Part shown: in pieces, positions 1 through 9,175 of the stretch
Layout: every line of letters begins with the position of its first letter
How positions within the stretch are numbered: position 1 is the stretch's first letter
Virus record (IMG/VR): IMGVR_UViG_2595698357_000001
Coordinates: 32,001 to 96,000 of that record
Direction: 5' to 3' (one strand)
Origin: a virus
Taxonomy: Duplodnaviria; Caudoviricetes
DNA: 64,000 bases
Position numbers and translations under genes: made by a program
The notes under the pieces: generated by a model
What the model saw: the letters and a program-made list of their open reading frames with translations, nothing else
What the model was told of the DNA's origin: nothing
Database searches by the model: none

Positions 1-225
1 GTCACCAACGGCACGTTCATACAGATCAAAGTGACGGGGTTGGTGGGGGTGTTATCCAACTGGATGCCAGAAGGAGTGGCTACTAGTGTGCCAGCGCAAG
101 GGTTGACTATCACGGCGCACGTGACCAATGCGCAGGAAGTAACATTCCTCGTCTGGAACCACTCAGGCAACGACAGAAATATCACGGGCGTAACGCTCAG
201 CACATATGTTCACAGCGTGAACTGA
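1..225 (+). CDS. C-terminal end of a tailspike/tail fibre protein (5'-truncated by window)
   Basis: Frame 1 is open from base 1 to TGA at 223-225. Sequence is beta-rich and sits in the tailspike cluster. Confidence 0.6.
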   Translation, partial: VTNGTFIQIKVTGLVGVLSNWMPEGVATSVPAQGLTITAHVTNAQEVTFLVWNHSGNDRNITGVTLSTYVHSVN

Positions 226-236
226 GGAGATTTGTA

Positions 237-515
237 ATGTCATTCGTTAAGAAAGAAACGTTGTCGGTTTCCAACTATTACCCTGGGCTGGGGCTGTATG
301 AGCCAAAAGACTCAGTGGAAGAGGAAGTCACTTACAGCATAGAGTCTGTAGACAGCATCACTGGAGAACAAGCTGTCGCAAACTATTCTATGACTATAAG
401 GGGTAAGAAAGCCCCTCAATGGTGGTCATTTGAATTCCCAGTAGGCAGTGGCACGAACTTGTTGCTGTCCGCAGAAGATGAGTTGAAGCGTCTCAAGGGA
501 TATTCGGAAAATTAA
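237..515 (+). CDS. small tailspike-associated protein, paralog of 5765..6052
   Basis: GAGGAG SD. 92 aa, with clear similarity to 5765..6052 (EVTYSIESVDSIT vs EVTYTVESIESIT). Confidence 0.8.
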   Translation: MSFVKKETLSVSNYYPGLGLYEPKDSVEEEVTYSIESVDSITGEQAVANYSMTIRGKKAPQWWSFEFPVGSGTNLLLSAEDELKRLKGYSEN

Positions 516-520
516 GTATT

Positions 521-546
521 ATAAAGCCCCCATTTGGGGGCTTTAT
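521..546. terminator. bidirectional intrinsic terminator
   Basis: ATAAAGCCCCCA-TT-TGGGGGCTTTAT between convergent ORFs. Confidence 0.8.
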
Positions 547-650
547 TCTTCCACATCGAAAGGATTGTAATCCTTGTTGGAACCGCATTTGTACAACTCT
601 TGCTCCAATCCTTCCAGGCTTTTTAGTGACGCCAATTCGCTATCAGTCAT
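543..650 (-). CDS. 35-aa acidic hypothetical peptide (absent from ORF track)
   Basis: MTDSELASLKSLEGLEQELYKCGSNKDYNPFDVEE*. Has GAGGAGG SD, its own promoter at 668-693, and ends in the 521-546 terminator. Confidence 0.65.
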   Translation of the reverse strand: MTDSELASLKSLEGLEQELYKCGSNKDYNPFDVEE

Positions 651-667
651 ACACACCTCCTCATGTA

Positions 668-693
668 ATTATAGTCTAGCGCTAAATACTGAA
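668..693 (-). promoter_or_regulatory. TTCAAT-N14-TATAAT-class promoter
   Basis: Minus strand reads TTCAGT-N14-TATAAT. Confidence 0.65.
682..688 (+). promoter_or_regulatory. late promoter CTAAATA
   Basis: T4-like gp55 late motif upstream of tailspike at 722. Confidence 0.65.
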
Positions 694-721
694 TAATACC
701 CATTATCCATGGAGTTTCCAA

Positions 722-3121
722 ATGGTCACCAAAAATACTTCGTACCACCCGCTCATGGGTGACGTCGAACCAGCTACATACTACCGCCGGGGTTCGTTCC
801 AGGATGGTGGTTTTGTTCAAATCCCAGATGACATAATCAAACACTCTGACGGAAACTGGTATCGCTACAAGAATGCTATCCCAGCTGGCGGTGTTCCGGT
901 GCTTCCAGGGACTTCTCCGGACTCTAATTGGGAGTTGGTAGGGTTACGTGGGGATGTGGTAGATCGCCTCGGTACGACCAGCGGGTTCCGTTTTGTTGGA
1001 CAAGCTGCCAGTATCGCTGAAGTCCGTGCCATTGAGCCAACCAAACCCAACGAACGGATACTGATGAAGCAGTATGGTCCGATCAAAGGTGTGGGTGGTG
1101 GTGAATTCTGGTATGACGAACTGGATACCACCACTGCAGACAATGGTGGTACTATCCTCGTGACTGCTGGAGGCAAACGCTGGAAGAAGATCATGAAGGA
1201 TACCGGGTACTCGGCTGAAGACTTCGGAGCTGACCCAAATGGGGTGGCCGACTCCCGTGCTGCTATCCAAGCCGCAATTGACTTCGTCGGCACTCTGAAG
1301 AATAAGATCCTGTATCTGACTGGCACTTACCGGATTGAAGGCGACACGACCATCACCTTGGCCAATGGCGTACAATTGCTGGGTACTCGTCGTGGTATGA
1401 CCCAGGGACCACAGACTATTCTCGGTGATACGATGAAGGTGGTCAATGACACGACCTTCCATGTTGCCATGACTCCAGGCAAAACCACACCGCTATTCAC
1501 CGCCGGGCGTGATGCTGTGTTCTCTGGGTTTTCCGTCGTGTATATCAACCAGCCGAAAGAAGCCGCGACCATCAACGATATCTTGACTTATGGTCCGACG
1601 ATTTGGGCAAGTCACTCTTGCTCGGTTGTGAATGTTCGCTATGTCGCTGCCTGGGACTTCTTCAACGGTCGGGGTGAAGCACATTTCCTCAGTGATATCT
1701 ACGGCTACGCCTTCAACGTTGACTTCCATATTGAAATGTGTGCTGACGTCACGCGCCTGAAGAACATCCACATCAACTCAAACGTTTACCGTCCTGGCTG
1801 GTCTATCTTGGATGTGGCTGCACCGCGCGTTACCAGCCGAGCATTCGAAATGGTACAACATGACGGCATCATGTTCGAAGGGATTCACGTGTTCGCCAAG
1901 GGTACAGTCTGGCACAACCGCCAAAACAGCACTGCGCGTCTCTGTTCCCTGAACGGTACGGACTTCTTGTTTGATAAATGCGGTACAATGCTGGACTCTG
2001 ATGTCAACGGCGGCGTCTGCTGCTCCCTGTCCAACGGGGTGTTTATCCATGACTACCACACCAACGAAGGAGCTGCACTGAACCTGACCAACCCGGTAGG
2101 CACTCAGGTAACTTCTTACTATCTGACGGATTGGAAATGGCAGCTGGGTTCGGCTGGTACGTCCCCAGGACAAGGCTCTTGGGCGGCAAACTGGATGAAC
2201 TTCAACAGCGCAGCAGGTACTCGTGTGTGGCTGGATAATATCAACATCCTGGCCATGGGGACTCTTGCCCTTAACAACAATGCCCAATTCAACCGGGTCG
2301 AGGGTAGTGTCACCATCGGCACACGCAAAATTAATTTCAGACCTCAGAACGCCAACCTGGTAGAGAACCATCGACTGGTGTCCATAGATCCGTTCACCAA
2401 TATCCCATATGGCTTCACCAAACTGGGTACTGCTGTGACCGTGTCAGGGCGTAACGTGACCAGCACTGCCGCAACTTCACCAACTGGACTGGGAATCAGC
2501 ACTCGCGTTGCTCAGACTTTCCCTTCGTCTTGTGCAGTTTGGGTATACGCCAGCCAGAAAGGTGATAGCTCTGGTATTCTGGTGACAGCTTATCTTGCCG
2601 GGTTTACCAACCCGATAACGTTCTCAGCGCAATGGGAAGCCATGGGCAACTCATGGTTGGCGCGCCTGGAGGTTCCGAGTAGTGCCGGGCGTACTCATTG
2701 GGATATCACAGCAAACGCCCCTTCAGCCACTGGTGGTACGCTGACAATCCAAAGCGTCCATATGATCGCAGGCACGACTCTGGAATTCTCACCAGAATCC
2801 GATTCGGTGGCGATCCATACGAACCAAGTGGGCGCAATGCGTGGTAAAATGACCTTGGTGGCCAACGTTCCTCAGGAGCTACCATCGGCTCACTTCGGGG
2901 GTGATCGTGGAGTGATATCCCTTTATGTGAAGTCTGCAACCGTCGTTGGCTATTGGGTGTTGAACAAGCGACTGATCGGTGACACGGGTACAGTGACACA
3001 GATAGCCTATGCGGCAGGGGCTGAGACAATTACTGTGGATTGGCCTGCAGGTAGCGGGGCGAAGCCAAGGGTGATGTCTACTGCTGGCGGTGACGTGGAT
3101 GTCACGATAACCGGTGTCTGA
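722..3121 (+). CDS. tailspike protein (beta-helix depolymerase)
   Basis: 799 aa. N-terminal tailspike head motif (GSFQDG...GNWYRY...PGTSP...W), then AEDFGADPNGVADSRAAIQAAID, the typical beta-helix start, then a C-terminal beta-rich region. Confidence 0.9.
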   Translation: MVTKNTSYHPLMGDVEPATYYRRGSFQDGGFVQIPDDIIKHSDGNWYRYKNAIPAGGVPVLPGTSPDSNWELVGLRGDVVDRLGTTSGFRFVGQAASIAEVRAIEPTKPNERILMKQYGPIKGVGGGEFWYDELDTTTADNGGTILVTAGGKRWKKIMKDTGYSAEDFGADPNGVADSRAAIQAAIDFVGTLKNKILYLTGTYRIEGDTTITLANGVQLLGTRRGMTQGPQTILGDTMKVVNDTTFHVAMTPGKTTPLFTAGRDAVFSGFSVVYINQPKEAATINDILTYGPTIWASHSCSVVNVRYVAAWDFFNGRGEAHFLSDIYGYAFNVDFHIEMCADVTRLKNIHINSNVYRPGWSILDVAAPRVTSRAFEMVQHDGIMFEGIHVFAKGTVWHNRQNSTARLCSLNGTDFLFDKCGTMLDSDVNGGVCCSLSNGVFIHDYHTNEGAALNLTNPVGTQVTSYYLTDWKWQLGSAGTSPGQGSWAANWMNFNSAAGTRVWLDNINILAMGTLALNNNAQFNRVEGSVTIGTRKINFRPQNANLVENHRLVSIDPFTNIPYGFTKLGTAVTVSGRNVTSTAATSPTGLGISTRVAQTFPSSCAVWVYASQKGDSSGILVTAYLAGFTNPITFSAQWEAMGNSWLARLEVPSSAGRTHWDITANAPSATGGTLTIQSVHMIAGTTLEFSPESDSVAIHTNQVGAMRGKMTLVANVPQELPSAHFGGDRGVISLYVKSATVVGYWVLNKRLIGDTGTVTQIAYAAGAETITVDWPAGSGAKPRVMSTAGGDVDVTITGV

Positions 3122-3125
3122 CTGC

Positions 3126-3148
3126 AAGCCCTCTACGGAGGGCTTTTT
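3126..3148 (+). terminator. intrinsic terminator
   Basis: AAGCCCTC-TACG-GAGGGCTT-TTT. Confidence 0.8.
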
Positions 3149-3158
3149 CACCCCTGGG

Positions 3159-3165
3159 CTAAATA
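3159..3165 (+). promoter_or_regulatory. late promoter CTAAATA
   Basis: Motif lies upstream of tailspike at 3198. Confidence 0.65.
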
Positions 3166-3197
3166 AGTCATATTGGTATAGATATCGGAGAATTCCC

Positions 3198-5006
3198 ATG
3201 AACCCAAGATTCACGCAACCGAAGAGCGCGGTTTCGGAGATGACCAATCTGGCAGCAGTGTCCAGGATTTTTGGTTATGAAACCAAGAACTCTGAATACA
3301 TCCATGTCGGCCTGGACATCGGCAGCTACAAGGTTGTGTTTGATGACACGACTTCTACCTGCTGGCTCGTCAAGAACGCCACAGGCAACGTTGTGTCCTA
3401 CAGCCGATCTCAGGACACTCTTGTCGTTGTCACATCTGTCGGCACATTCAAGCTGAACCGCGCCAAGGCCGTGGATATGGAACTGCTGTTTAAATCAGAG
3501 CAGCACCTCCAGTATTATTACGATCTTCTGGGCAACTGGGACGACGCTTTCTTCATGGCACAGGTGAACGTGTTCCTCAAGGGTTACTCCCCAAGAATCA
3601 TCCTTCCTGTGGCCGAAATCACTATCACTCGCCCTATCCTGAATGGGGTTGCTCTCGGTGACAAAATTCATGCCACGTACCCAGAATTGAACTTCTACAA
3701 CTCCACCACTGGAAACTATCTCGCTGCTTGGCCTTTGGTCATCCATGGAACCTACCGCAAACAACAAGACGGTGGTCTGGGTGGTTACAGTGGCTCACAG
3801 ATCATATTCCGTGGTTGCAACAACCGTGACGACATGACTTGGACTCAATGGGCGATTATCCATTCTGGCCCGAACCCAACGGAAGTCGGCCAGCTGCGCC
3901 GCACGGACACTCTGTTGAAGAACTGGCCTGCATTCGCTGACCTGCGCGACTTCAACATCCGGGCGATCAACAAAGACGGCGTCCCGATTTCAAACGTCCA
4001 CGGCATGTATTTCCACTATGGGACTCAGGTCTCAGCGGTCAACATGTCTATCTACCAGTGCTATGGTGCTGGCGTCGCGGTGGACAACACCTGGGACTCC
4101 AAATTCGAGAACCTGAAAGTGCTGCAGTGTGGTCGCATGTCTCCTGTGTTCGGGCAATACGTGACTGACGGAAACTTCGGTCCCCAATACCAGACCTATG
4201 CTCCGATTCACGTGATGCGCTCGCCTCTGTCTGACAATAGCAACTTCATCCGTTTCCACAACTGTCACGTGGAAGACAACATGCATGCTGCTGTAGACGT
4301 GATCGTGTCCGGTAACTCTTCGCCGGTATGGTTGACAGACCTCCACGTGGAAGCGCAGACTGGATTGGGCGGTACGACCAACAACGGCCAACGAACCATC
4401 GTCGGCTTGGGTAACTTCGGTGTGACCTACTTCGGTCAAGATGCCCAGCCGGGTTATGATTACAAGGCGCGCCCGGATACCGGTACTGGCGGCAACGTTG
4501 TTTGGACTGGCGGTGGTATGTATTCAGACACGTACAGCCATATTGCCCGGCTGACTCGTTATTCTGCCTTCGTTCTGTCTGATATGGTGTTCCCAAACAG
4601 CGGCAACATCAACGTCGTCGGCGGCAACGCGGCTCCATACGTGTATCTGTCCAACTGCGTGGTCGGGGATATCAGCTTCACTGGCGGTAACGGTTCACTG
4701 TCTCCCCTGAAGGCAAGCAACTGCCGTATCAAATCCTTGACAATGGATTACACTTATGGTCCACAGCTGTCCAACTGTGAGATATCTGGCGCGTTCAACA
4801 TCACGAACATGTACAGCAACAAGCCGGAAGGTGGGGTACAGCTGACCAACTGTAACATCGGCTCAATGTCTGGTGTAATCCAGTTCGGCCAGGGTATCGT
4901 CACTCTTACTTCGACGACTGACCCTTCACCGTTCGTGGTCTACTATGGTCATATCGACGTTTCTCGCTATGCCTATTACAACACCAATAATCTGGTAGGT
5001 GGTTAA
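3198..5006 (+). CDS. tailspike protein with Ackermannviridae-type N-terminal anchor
   Basis: GGAG SD then MNPRFTQPKSAVS..TNLAAVSRIFG..DIGSYKVVFD, resembling CBA120 TSP1/3 N-termini. Beta-helix rung patterns follow (FHNCHVE, LSNC repeats). Start reassigned from 3114. Confidence 0.88.
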   Translation: MNPRFTQPKSAVSEMTNLAAVSRIFGYETKNSEYIHVGLDIGSYKVVFDDTTSTCWLVKNATGNVVSYSRSQDTLVVVTSVGTFKLNRAKAVDMELLFKSEQHLQYYYDLLGNWDDAFFMAQVNVFLKGYSPRIILPVAEITITRPILNGVALGDKIHATYPELNFYNSTTGNYLAAWPLVIHGTYRKQQDGGLGGYSGSQIIFRGCNNRDDMTWTQWAIIHSGPNPTEVGQLRRTDTLLKNWPAFADLRDFNIRAINKDGVPISNVHGMYFHYGTQVSAVNMSIYQCYGAGVAVDNTWDSKFENLKVLQCGRMSPVFGQYVTDGNFGPQYQTYAPIHVMRSPLSDNSNFIRFHNCHVEDNMHAAVDVIVSGNSSPVWLTDLHVEAQTGLGGTTNNGQRTIVGLGNFGVTYFGQDAQPGYDYKARPDTGTGGNVVWTGGGMYSDTYSHIARLTRYSAFVLSDMVFPNSGNINVVGGNAAPYVYLSNCVVGDISFTGGNGSLSPLKASNCRIKSLTMDYTYGPQLSNCEISGAFNITNMYSNKPEGGVQLTNCNIGSMSGVIQFGQGIVTLTSTTDPSPFVVYYGHIDVSRYAYYNTNNLVGG

Positions 5007-5007
5007 T

Positions 5008-5754
5008 ATGAGCCAGTCAATTAGCAGTATCATGCAACTCCCGGTCAACATGAACTTCAACAAGGTTGTGATGGTCGGGCGCTATGCGGGGATAGCCGGG
5101 ACGACAATCAATGGGCCAGACGTGGCCATCACCAACAACTATCGCCTGGTGGTTGAACAAGTCAGTGTAAACACACAGACGATCTATCAGCGCCTGGAGT
5201 ACAGGTTGTCCGGCACGGTCAGGGTGTTTGGTCGCTTCGGCACCAACTCCACTGGCTCTGATCCTCTTGGTGGGACTTGGACGTTCACTACCTGGGAAGA
5301 ATTTGCCACGCCAGCCAACGGCTTCACAACTACAGCAACAGTGAAAGCTGGGCGCTTGGAGTCTACGGGACAGGTGGTGGGGACGTATGTGGGTTCAACC
5401 GGGCGTGTGGTTGCAGCGACTTCTGTTGAAGGGGCGACGGCAACGTTCACTGGGGTGGTGACTTGTTCCTCAGTCAACCAGACTTCGGATCAGAACCTGA
5501 AGAAAGACATCACAGAGATACCACCAGAGCTGATTGCAGCGGCCAAATCCGTGTCTCCCAAGCAGTACCGTTTGAAGAGTGATGACACTGGCGCCCTGCA
5601 TGTCGGGTTCATGGCACAAGAAGTTTGGGACGCCATTGTTGCTGTGGGGCTTAATCCAGAAGATTACGCGCTGATTGGCCAGCATGAGGACGAAGACGGC
5701 GGCAAATTCTTCTCCATTAATTATACTGAATTGATGTTGCTGCGCAGCCTCTGA
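5008..5754 (+). CDS. short tail fibre/spike protein with C-terminal Peptidase_S74 intramolecular chaperone
   Basis: T|SDQNLKKDI...HVGFMAQEV...INYTEL motif with Ser and Lys(+5) dyad. AGGTGG SD. Confidence 0.85.
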   Translation: MSQSISSIMQLPVNMNFNKVVMVGRYAGIAGTTINGPDVAITNNYRLVVEQVSVNTQTIYQRLEYRLSGTVRVFGRFGTNSTGSDPLGGTWTFTTWEEFATPANGFTTTATVKAGRLESTGQVVGTYVGSTGRVVAATSVEGATATFTGVVTCSSVNQTSDQNLKKDITEIPPELIAAAKSVSPKQYRLKSDDTGALHVGFMAQEVWDAIVAVGLNPEDYALIGQHEDEDGGKFFSINYTELMLLRSL

Positions 5755-5764
5755 GGAGCATGAA

Positions 5765-6052
5765 ATGTCTATCAAGATTTTGAAAGAAATTGCGGTGTCC
5801 AAGTCTTTCCCTGAACTTTCTCTGGAGATCTCCCAGGGCACTGAGAAGGTGGAAGTGACTTACACTGTGGAATCCATTGAGTCCATCACCAATGGCCAGG
5901 GCACCATCAACTACTCCATCAGCGTGGCTGGTGAGAAGTCCCCTGCTTGGCGCAAACTGTCATTCCCATACGATGGTGGCGCTAACCCATTTGAAGCTGC
6001 TGAGAGTGCCCTGGAGGCATATCTCGTGGGCACCACAGGGACTGGAGAATAA
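5765..6052 (+). CDS. small tailspike-associated protein, paralog of 237..515
   Basis: GAGGAG SD. 95 aa, similar to 237..515. Confidence 0.8.
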   Translation: MSIKILKEIAVSKSFPELSLEISQGTEKVEVTYTVESIESITNGQGTINYSISVAGEKSPAWRKLSFPYDGGANPFEAAESALEAYLVGTTGTGE

Positions 6053-6053
6053 C

Positions 6054-8507
6054 ATGAGACGCGTAGAAGATATTTTCGGGAGCTACCAGGTGGCTCCCCG
6101 CCAGACCCCTTGGGTGTTCATATCCCAGGGTGGTGAGACGAAGGTCACTGTGCCTTTCGCTTTTCAATCGTGCTTGCTGACAATCGACGGTGTGGTGCAA
6201 ATCCCGACTTCCGCTGATGCGGTCAACGGGGCATACACTGTTGACGGCGCAGATATCTTGTTCAGTGATGACACTGTCCAGAAGTATCTCAAGCCAAACC
6301 AGCAGCTCTACTTCCTGTTCGACACGTCCTGGGGTGATATTGGCTCCGGGGGCGGGGGTGGCGGGGGCGGGAACAACGGCGTCATGGTTGAGCGCAAGTT
6401 CACCACGACCGGCGGTGAAACCATCCTGGATCCGAAGATCACTTTCTCCAGCGTCCTTCTGTTCGTAGACGGTGAGGCCAAATACCCTGGTGAGTACTTC
6501 ACTATCTCTGGGAACAAACTGGTCTACACTGACCCGATGACGGCCGGGCGTGATGTCTACGCTTTGTTCGGCATCCCGAGTTCCAGCATGTCTCTGTATG
6601 CCACCCAGGAAGAATTGTCTGGTGTGCAGGCTAACATCGACGGCCTGAAGACCCAGTTGGGTGCTCCTTGGAACGGGATAGTTTCCGACGTCTACACTTA
6701 CATTGATTCTGTGACATCGATAACGTCGCGCGCGGTTCCAGCGAATATCAATATCGTGTATACCAAGAAATACTCCACAGCTTCCTTGTCTCAGTCAGAT
6801 ATCCAGTTGGTTCGTGAACCATCAGAGGATAACGTCCTTCTCGCAACCAAGACCTGGGTGCAGAACGGGGCTATCAACGGCAAATTACTGGCGTTTGACA
6901 ACGCAGGTAAGGCGTTCCGACTGAACCCGGTCAACGGCCAGTACTCGATCGAATCTTTGGGTGGCGGCGACGGCGGGGATGATACTGTCCTCATCGAATT
7001 GGCTCAACAGTTGTCTGTGAAGCCGGTTCAGCTGGTTGAGAACAAGGTGTACAACTACACCCGTGCTGTAAAACACACTGGAGGCCGTGGCTGGATCGGG
7101 AAGAACACGACGTTCCGTTGTACCAATGCGACTGCATCTGTTCCGTTCGTAACCTCTCTGAAAACGGCGCAAGGCGCTGACAATGACTTGGTCAACGGTA
7201 CATCAGGCGTGGCCAACGCGATCTGGTCTGGTATTCTCATCGATACCAACTACAGTGACACCACCGGCGTTGTTGGGTTCCAGTTCGCTGAGAATACCCT
7301 GGACAACTGGGTCAAATGCCGCTTTGTTGATGTGGTATTCAAAAACAGCAAATTCGATAACCTCGCCATGCAGAACGGCTGCATTGAATTGCGGTTTGAG
7401 AACTGCCGTTTTGAGAACGCAGGGGAAGACAGTGTGACCGTTCGCAAGACCTGTGAGCGTGTGGTGTTCGAGAACTGTACTGTTGACAAGACCGCACTGG
7501 TCGCCCACGTCAGCAGCGGTAACGCAAAGTTTGGTGACGGGATTGTCGTCAAGGCCAAGTTTGTGACGATTAACAACTGCACCTTTAAGGATGTAGGCAA
7601 CAACATCAAGGGTGCGGGGATTGCCAACAACGCTGAAGACAACGACAACGTTGACCAGGCCAGCTACAACAAATACACCAACAACACGTTCATCAACTGC
7701 TACGGTGGTATGGGTATTGGTACTGTGAATGCGGGCTTCATTGCGGCCGGTCAACTGATCGGTGACCTGATTATTACTGGCAACGAGTTCATCAATACTC
7801 AGGCGAACGCAATCGGCATCCGCTACGTTAAGAACGTTCAGATCCGTGACTGCATAATCAACAAGCAGAACCTCCAGGGGTATCACGCTGTTGAGTTGAT
7901 CAACGTGGTAAACGTCGATGCTGCAGCCACTGTGTTGAACGCGTCTGGTGGTGCATGCACTGTAACCAACTGTAATGGCAAAGTTGATATCCACGCTAAC
8001 GATGTCAGCAAGGCGAACGCATTGAACTCCTTAGTCATCGGTAACTGTGATGGTCTCAAGTTCACGGCAGATCTGTACTTGTCAGGGCGTACTGCGATGA
8101 CGGTTGACAGCTTCTCCAACGGTAAAATCGATGTTCGACTGCGTGGCGTCGCCAAGGCCGGTCTTGTAGGTAACATTGTGTCTCGTAGTGAAATTAACGT
8201 GGCTGCAACGAGCTGTGGTAACAACGGGGTGACCATGACCGCCCTAAACAACAGTGTTCTACGAGCCGAGGTCTATGATGCCGGTACTGAAGCCGATGTG
8301 ACCTATGTGTCCGCGCGCCTGGTATCTGGTAGCCGTAACCGGGTCTTTGTGACGTCCACCTCTGGGCAGACAAACCGACCGTCGTACGATATCCTAGTTG
8401 AAGCCGGGGTATCCAACGGCGCACTGTACAGCGACTGCTCAGCAGGTAAGACTGGCAAGGTCAACATCGTGACTGGTGCTACCATAACACAATTTGAAAA
8501 TCTGTAG
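6054..8507 (+). CDS. tailspike protein with tandem N-terminal adaptor domains, poly-Gly linker and beta-helix body
   Basis: GGAGA SD. Two GGET-containing repeats (SQGGETKV.../TTGGETIL...) separated by GSG8, then many parallel beta-helix rungs (FENCRFEN, INNCTF, ITGNEF). Start reassigned from 5877. Confidence 0.88.
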   Translation: MRRVEDIFGSYQVAPRQTPWVFISQGGETKVTVPFAFQSCLLTIDGVVQIPTSADAVNGAYTVDGADILFSDDTVQKYLKPNQQLYFLFDTSWGDIGSGGGGGGGGNNGVMVERKFTTTGGETILDPKITFSSVLLFVDGEAKYPGEYFTISGNKLVYTDPMTAGRDVYALFGIPSSSMSLYATQEELSGVQANIDGLKTQLGAPWNGIVSDVYTYIDSVTSITSRAVPANINIVYTKKYSTASLSQSDIQLVREPSEDNVLLATKTWVQNGAINGKLLAFDNAGKAFRLNPVNGQYSIESLGGGDGGDDTVLIELAQQLSVKPVQLVENKVYNYTRAVKHTGGRGWIGKNTTFRCTNATASVPFVTSLKTAQGADNDLVNGTSGVANAIWSGILIDTNYSDTTGVVGFQFAENTLDNWVKCRFVDVVFKNSKFDNLAMQNGCIELRFENCRFENAGEDSVTVRKTCERVVFENCTVDKTALVAHVSSGNAKFGDGIVVKAKFVTINNCTFKDVGNNIKGAGIANNAEDNDNVDQASYNKYTNNTFINCYGGMGIGTVNAGFIAAGQLIGDLIITGNEFINTQANAIGIRYVKNVQIRDCIINKQNLQGYHAVELINVVNVDAAATVLNASGGACTVTNCNGKVDIHANDVSKANALNSLVIGNCDGLKFTADLYLSGRTAMTVDSFSNGKIDVRLRGVAKAGLVGNIVSRSEINVAATSCGNNGVTMTALNNSVLRAEVYDAGTEADVTYVSARLVSGSRNRVFVTSTSGQTNRPSYDILVEAGVSNGALYSDCSAGKTGKVNIVTGATITQFENL

Positions 8508-8515
8508 GAGGCCAC

Positions 8516-8701
8516 ATGGCTAAGTTCGCACCAGGAGACAAAGTAAAGCAGACTAGCGACCGTTTTAAAGGTCTCCCGGATACTGCTGTCGTTCTGAACG
8601 TGATTGGTGAAGACAGCCCGACATACGAACTGGATTTTGGCGACACCCTGTATCCGTTCTACTTCAGGGAAGACGAGCTGACGAAGGTCAAATCGAAATA
8701 A
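8516..8701 (+). CDS. small hypothetical protein (SH3-like pattern F.PGD.V...Y.L.F...F.EDEL)
   Basis: AGGAGG SD. 61 aa. Confidence 0.7.
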   Translation: MAKFAPGDKVKQTSDRFKGLPDTAVVLNVIGEDSPTYELDFGDTLYPFYFREDELTKVKSK

Positions 8702-8704
8702 ACA

Positions 8705-8723
8705 AAGCCCCTTCGGGGGCTTT
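8705..8723. terminator. bidirectional terminator
   Basis: AAAGCCCC-TTCG-GGGGCTTT between convergent genes. Confidence 0.8.
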
Positions 8724-9000
8724 ACTTTTTCTGCTTGAACCGGTAGAACACAGGCTCAATGTACTTGATGAAGAACCCCTCGACCTTTGGCTTCGGCTCG
8801 AACAATTTCAGCTTGACTTTCTTCACCGGTTCAACCCGCCAACCCGGACTCCACTTGAATTCTGACATTCGGCCGTGCTGAGGGCATACCTGCCACATCT
8901 TGTCTGGGATGTATGACGCAGTTTCCTCAAACTCCACGTCTTCGTCATCCACGAAGACATAGCCACAAATAGGGCATTTGTCAATCTTATAATTGAACAT
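8722..9000 (-). CDS. hypothetical Zn-ribbon protein
   Basis: GGAG SD before ATG at 9000. CPICG...CPQHG motif. Confidence 0.65.
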   Translation of the reverse strand: MFNYKIDKCPICGYVFVDDEDVEFEETASYIPDKMWQVCPQHGRMSEFKWSPGWRVEPVKKVKLKLFEPKPKVEGFFIKYIEPVFYRFKQKK

Positions 9001-9175
9001 AGAAGTGCTCCGAACAATTGCCGACTTGGTCTCCATCGAACTTCCTGAATTTCAACCCGTCGGCGCTGATGACATAAAGCGCGGTTTCCCGCGCCCTTAT
9101 TTTGTAGTGGTGATGATCAATCTTCCTGACCACCAAAATCCTGAGGTTGAACACTACCTTCCGATTTGTTGGCAC
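8987..9175 (-). CDS. hypothetical protein (62 aa)
   Basis: GGAGG SD 6 nt before GTG. Fills the gap in the minus-strand operon. Confidence 0.5.
   Translation of the reverse strand: MPTNRKVVFNLRILVVRKIDHHHYKIRARETALYVISADGLKFRKFDGDQVGNCSEHFYVQL

Noticed and set aside
3114-3197. ORF-track N-terminal extension of the 3198 tailspike
   Set aside because: It crosses a terminator and late promoter. The SD and family N-terminus point to ATG 3198.
5877-6053. Open frame overlapping 5765..6052 that might allow a frameshift fusion to the 6054 tailspike
   Set aside because: No slippery heptamer was noticed, and ATG 6054 has its own GGAGA SD.
1-8507. Possible shufflon or diversity-generating retroelement acting on tailspikes
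   Set aside because: No invertase or reverse transcriptase is present in the window, and by eye there are no repeated crossover sites or TR/VR pair.
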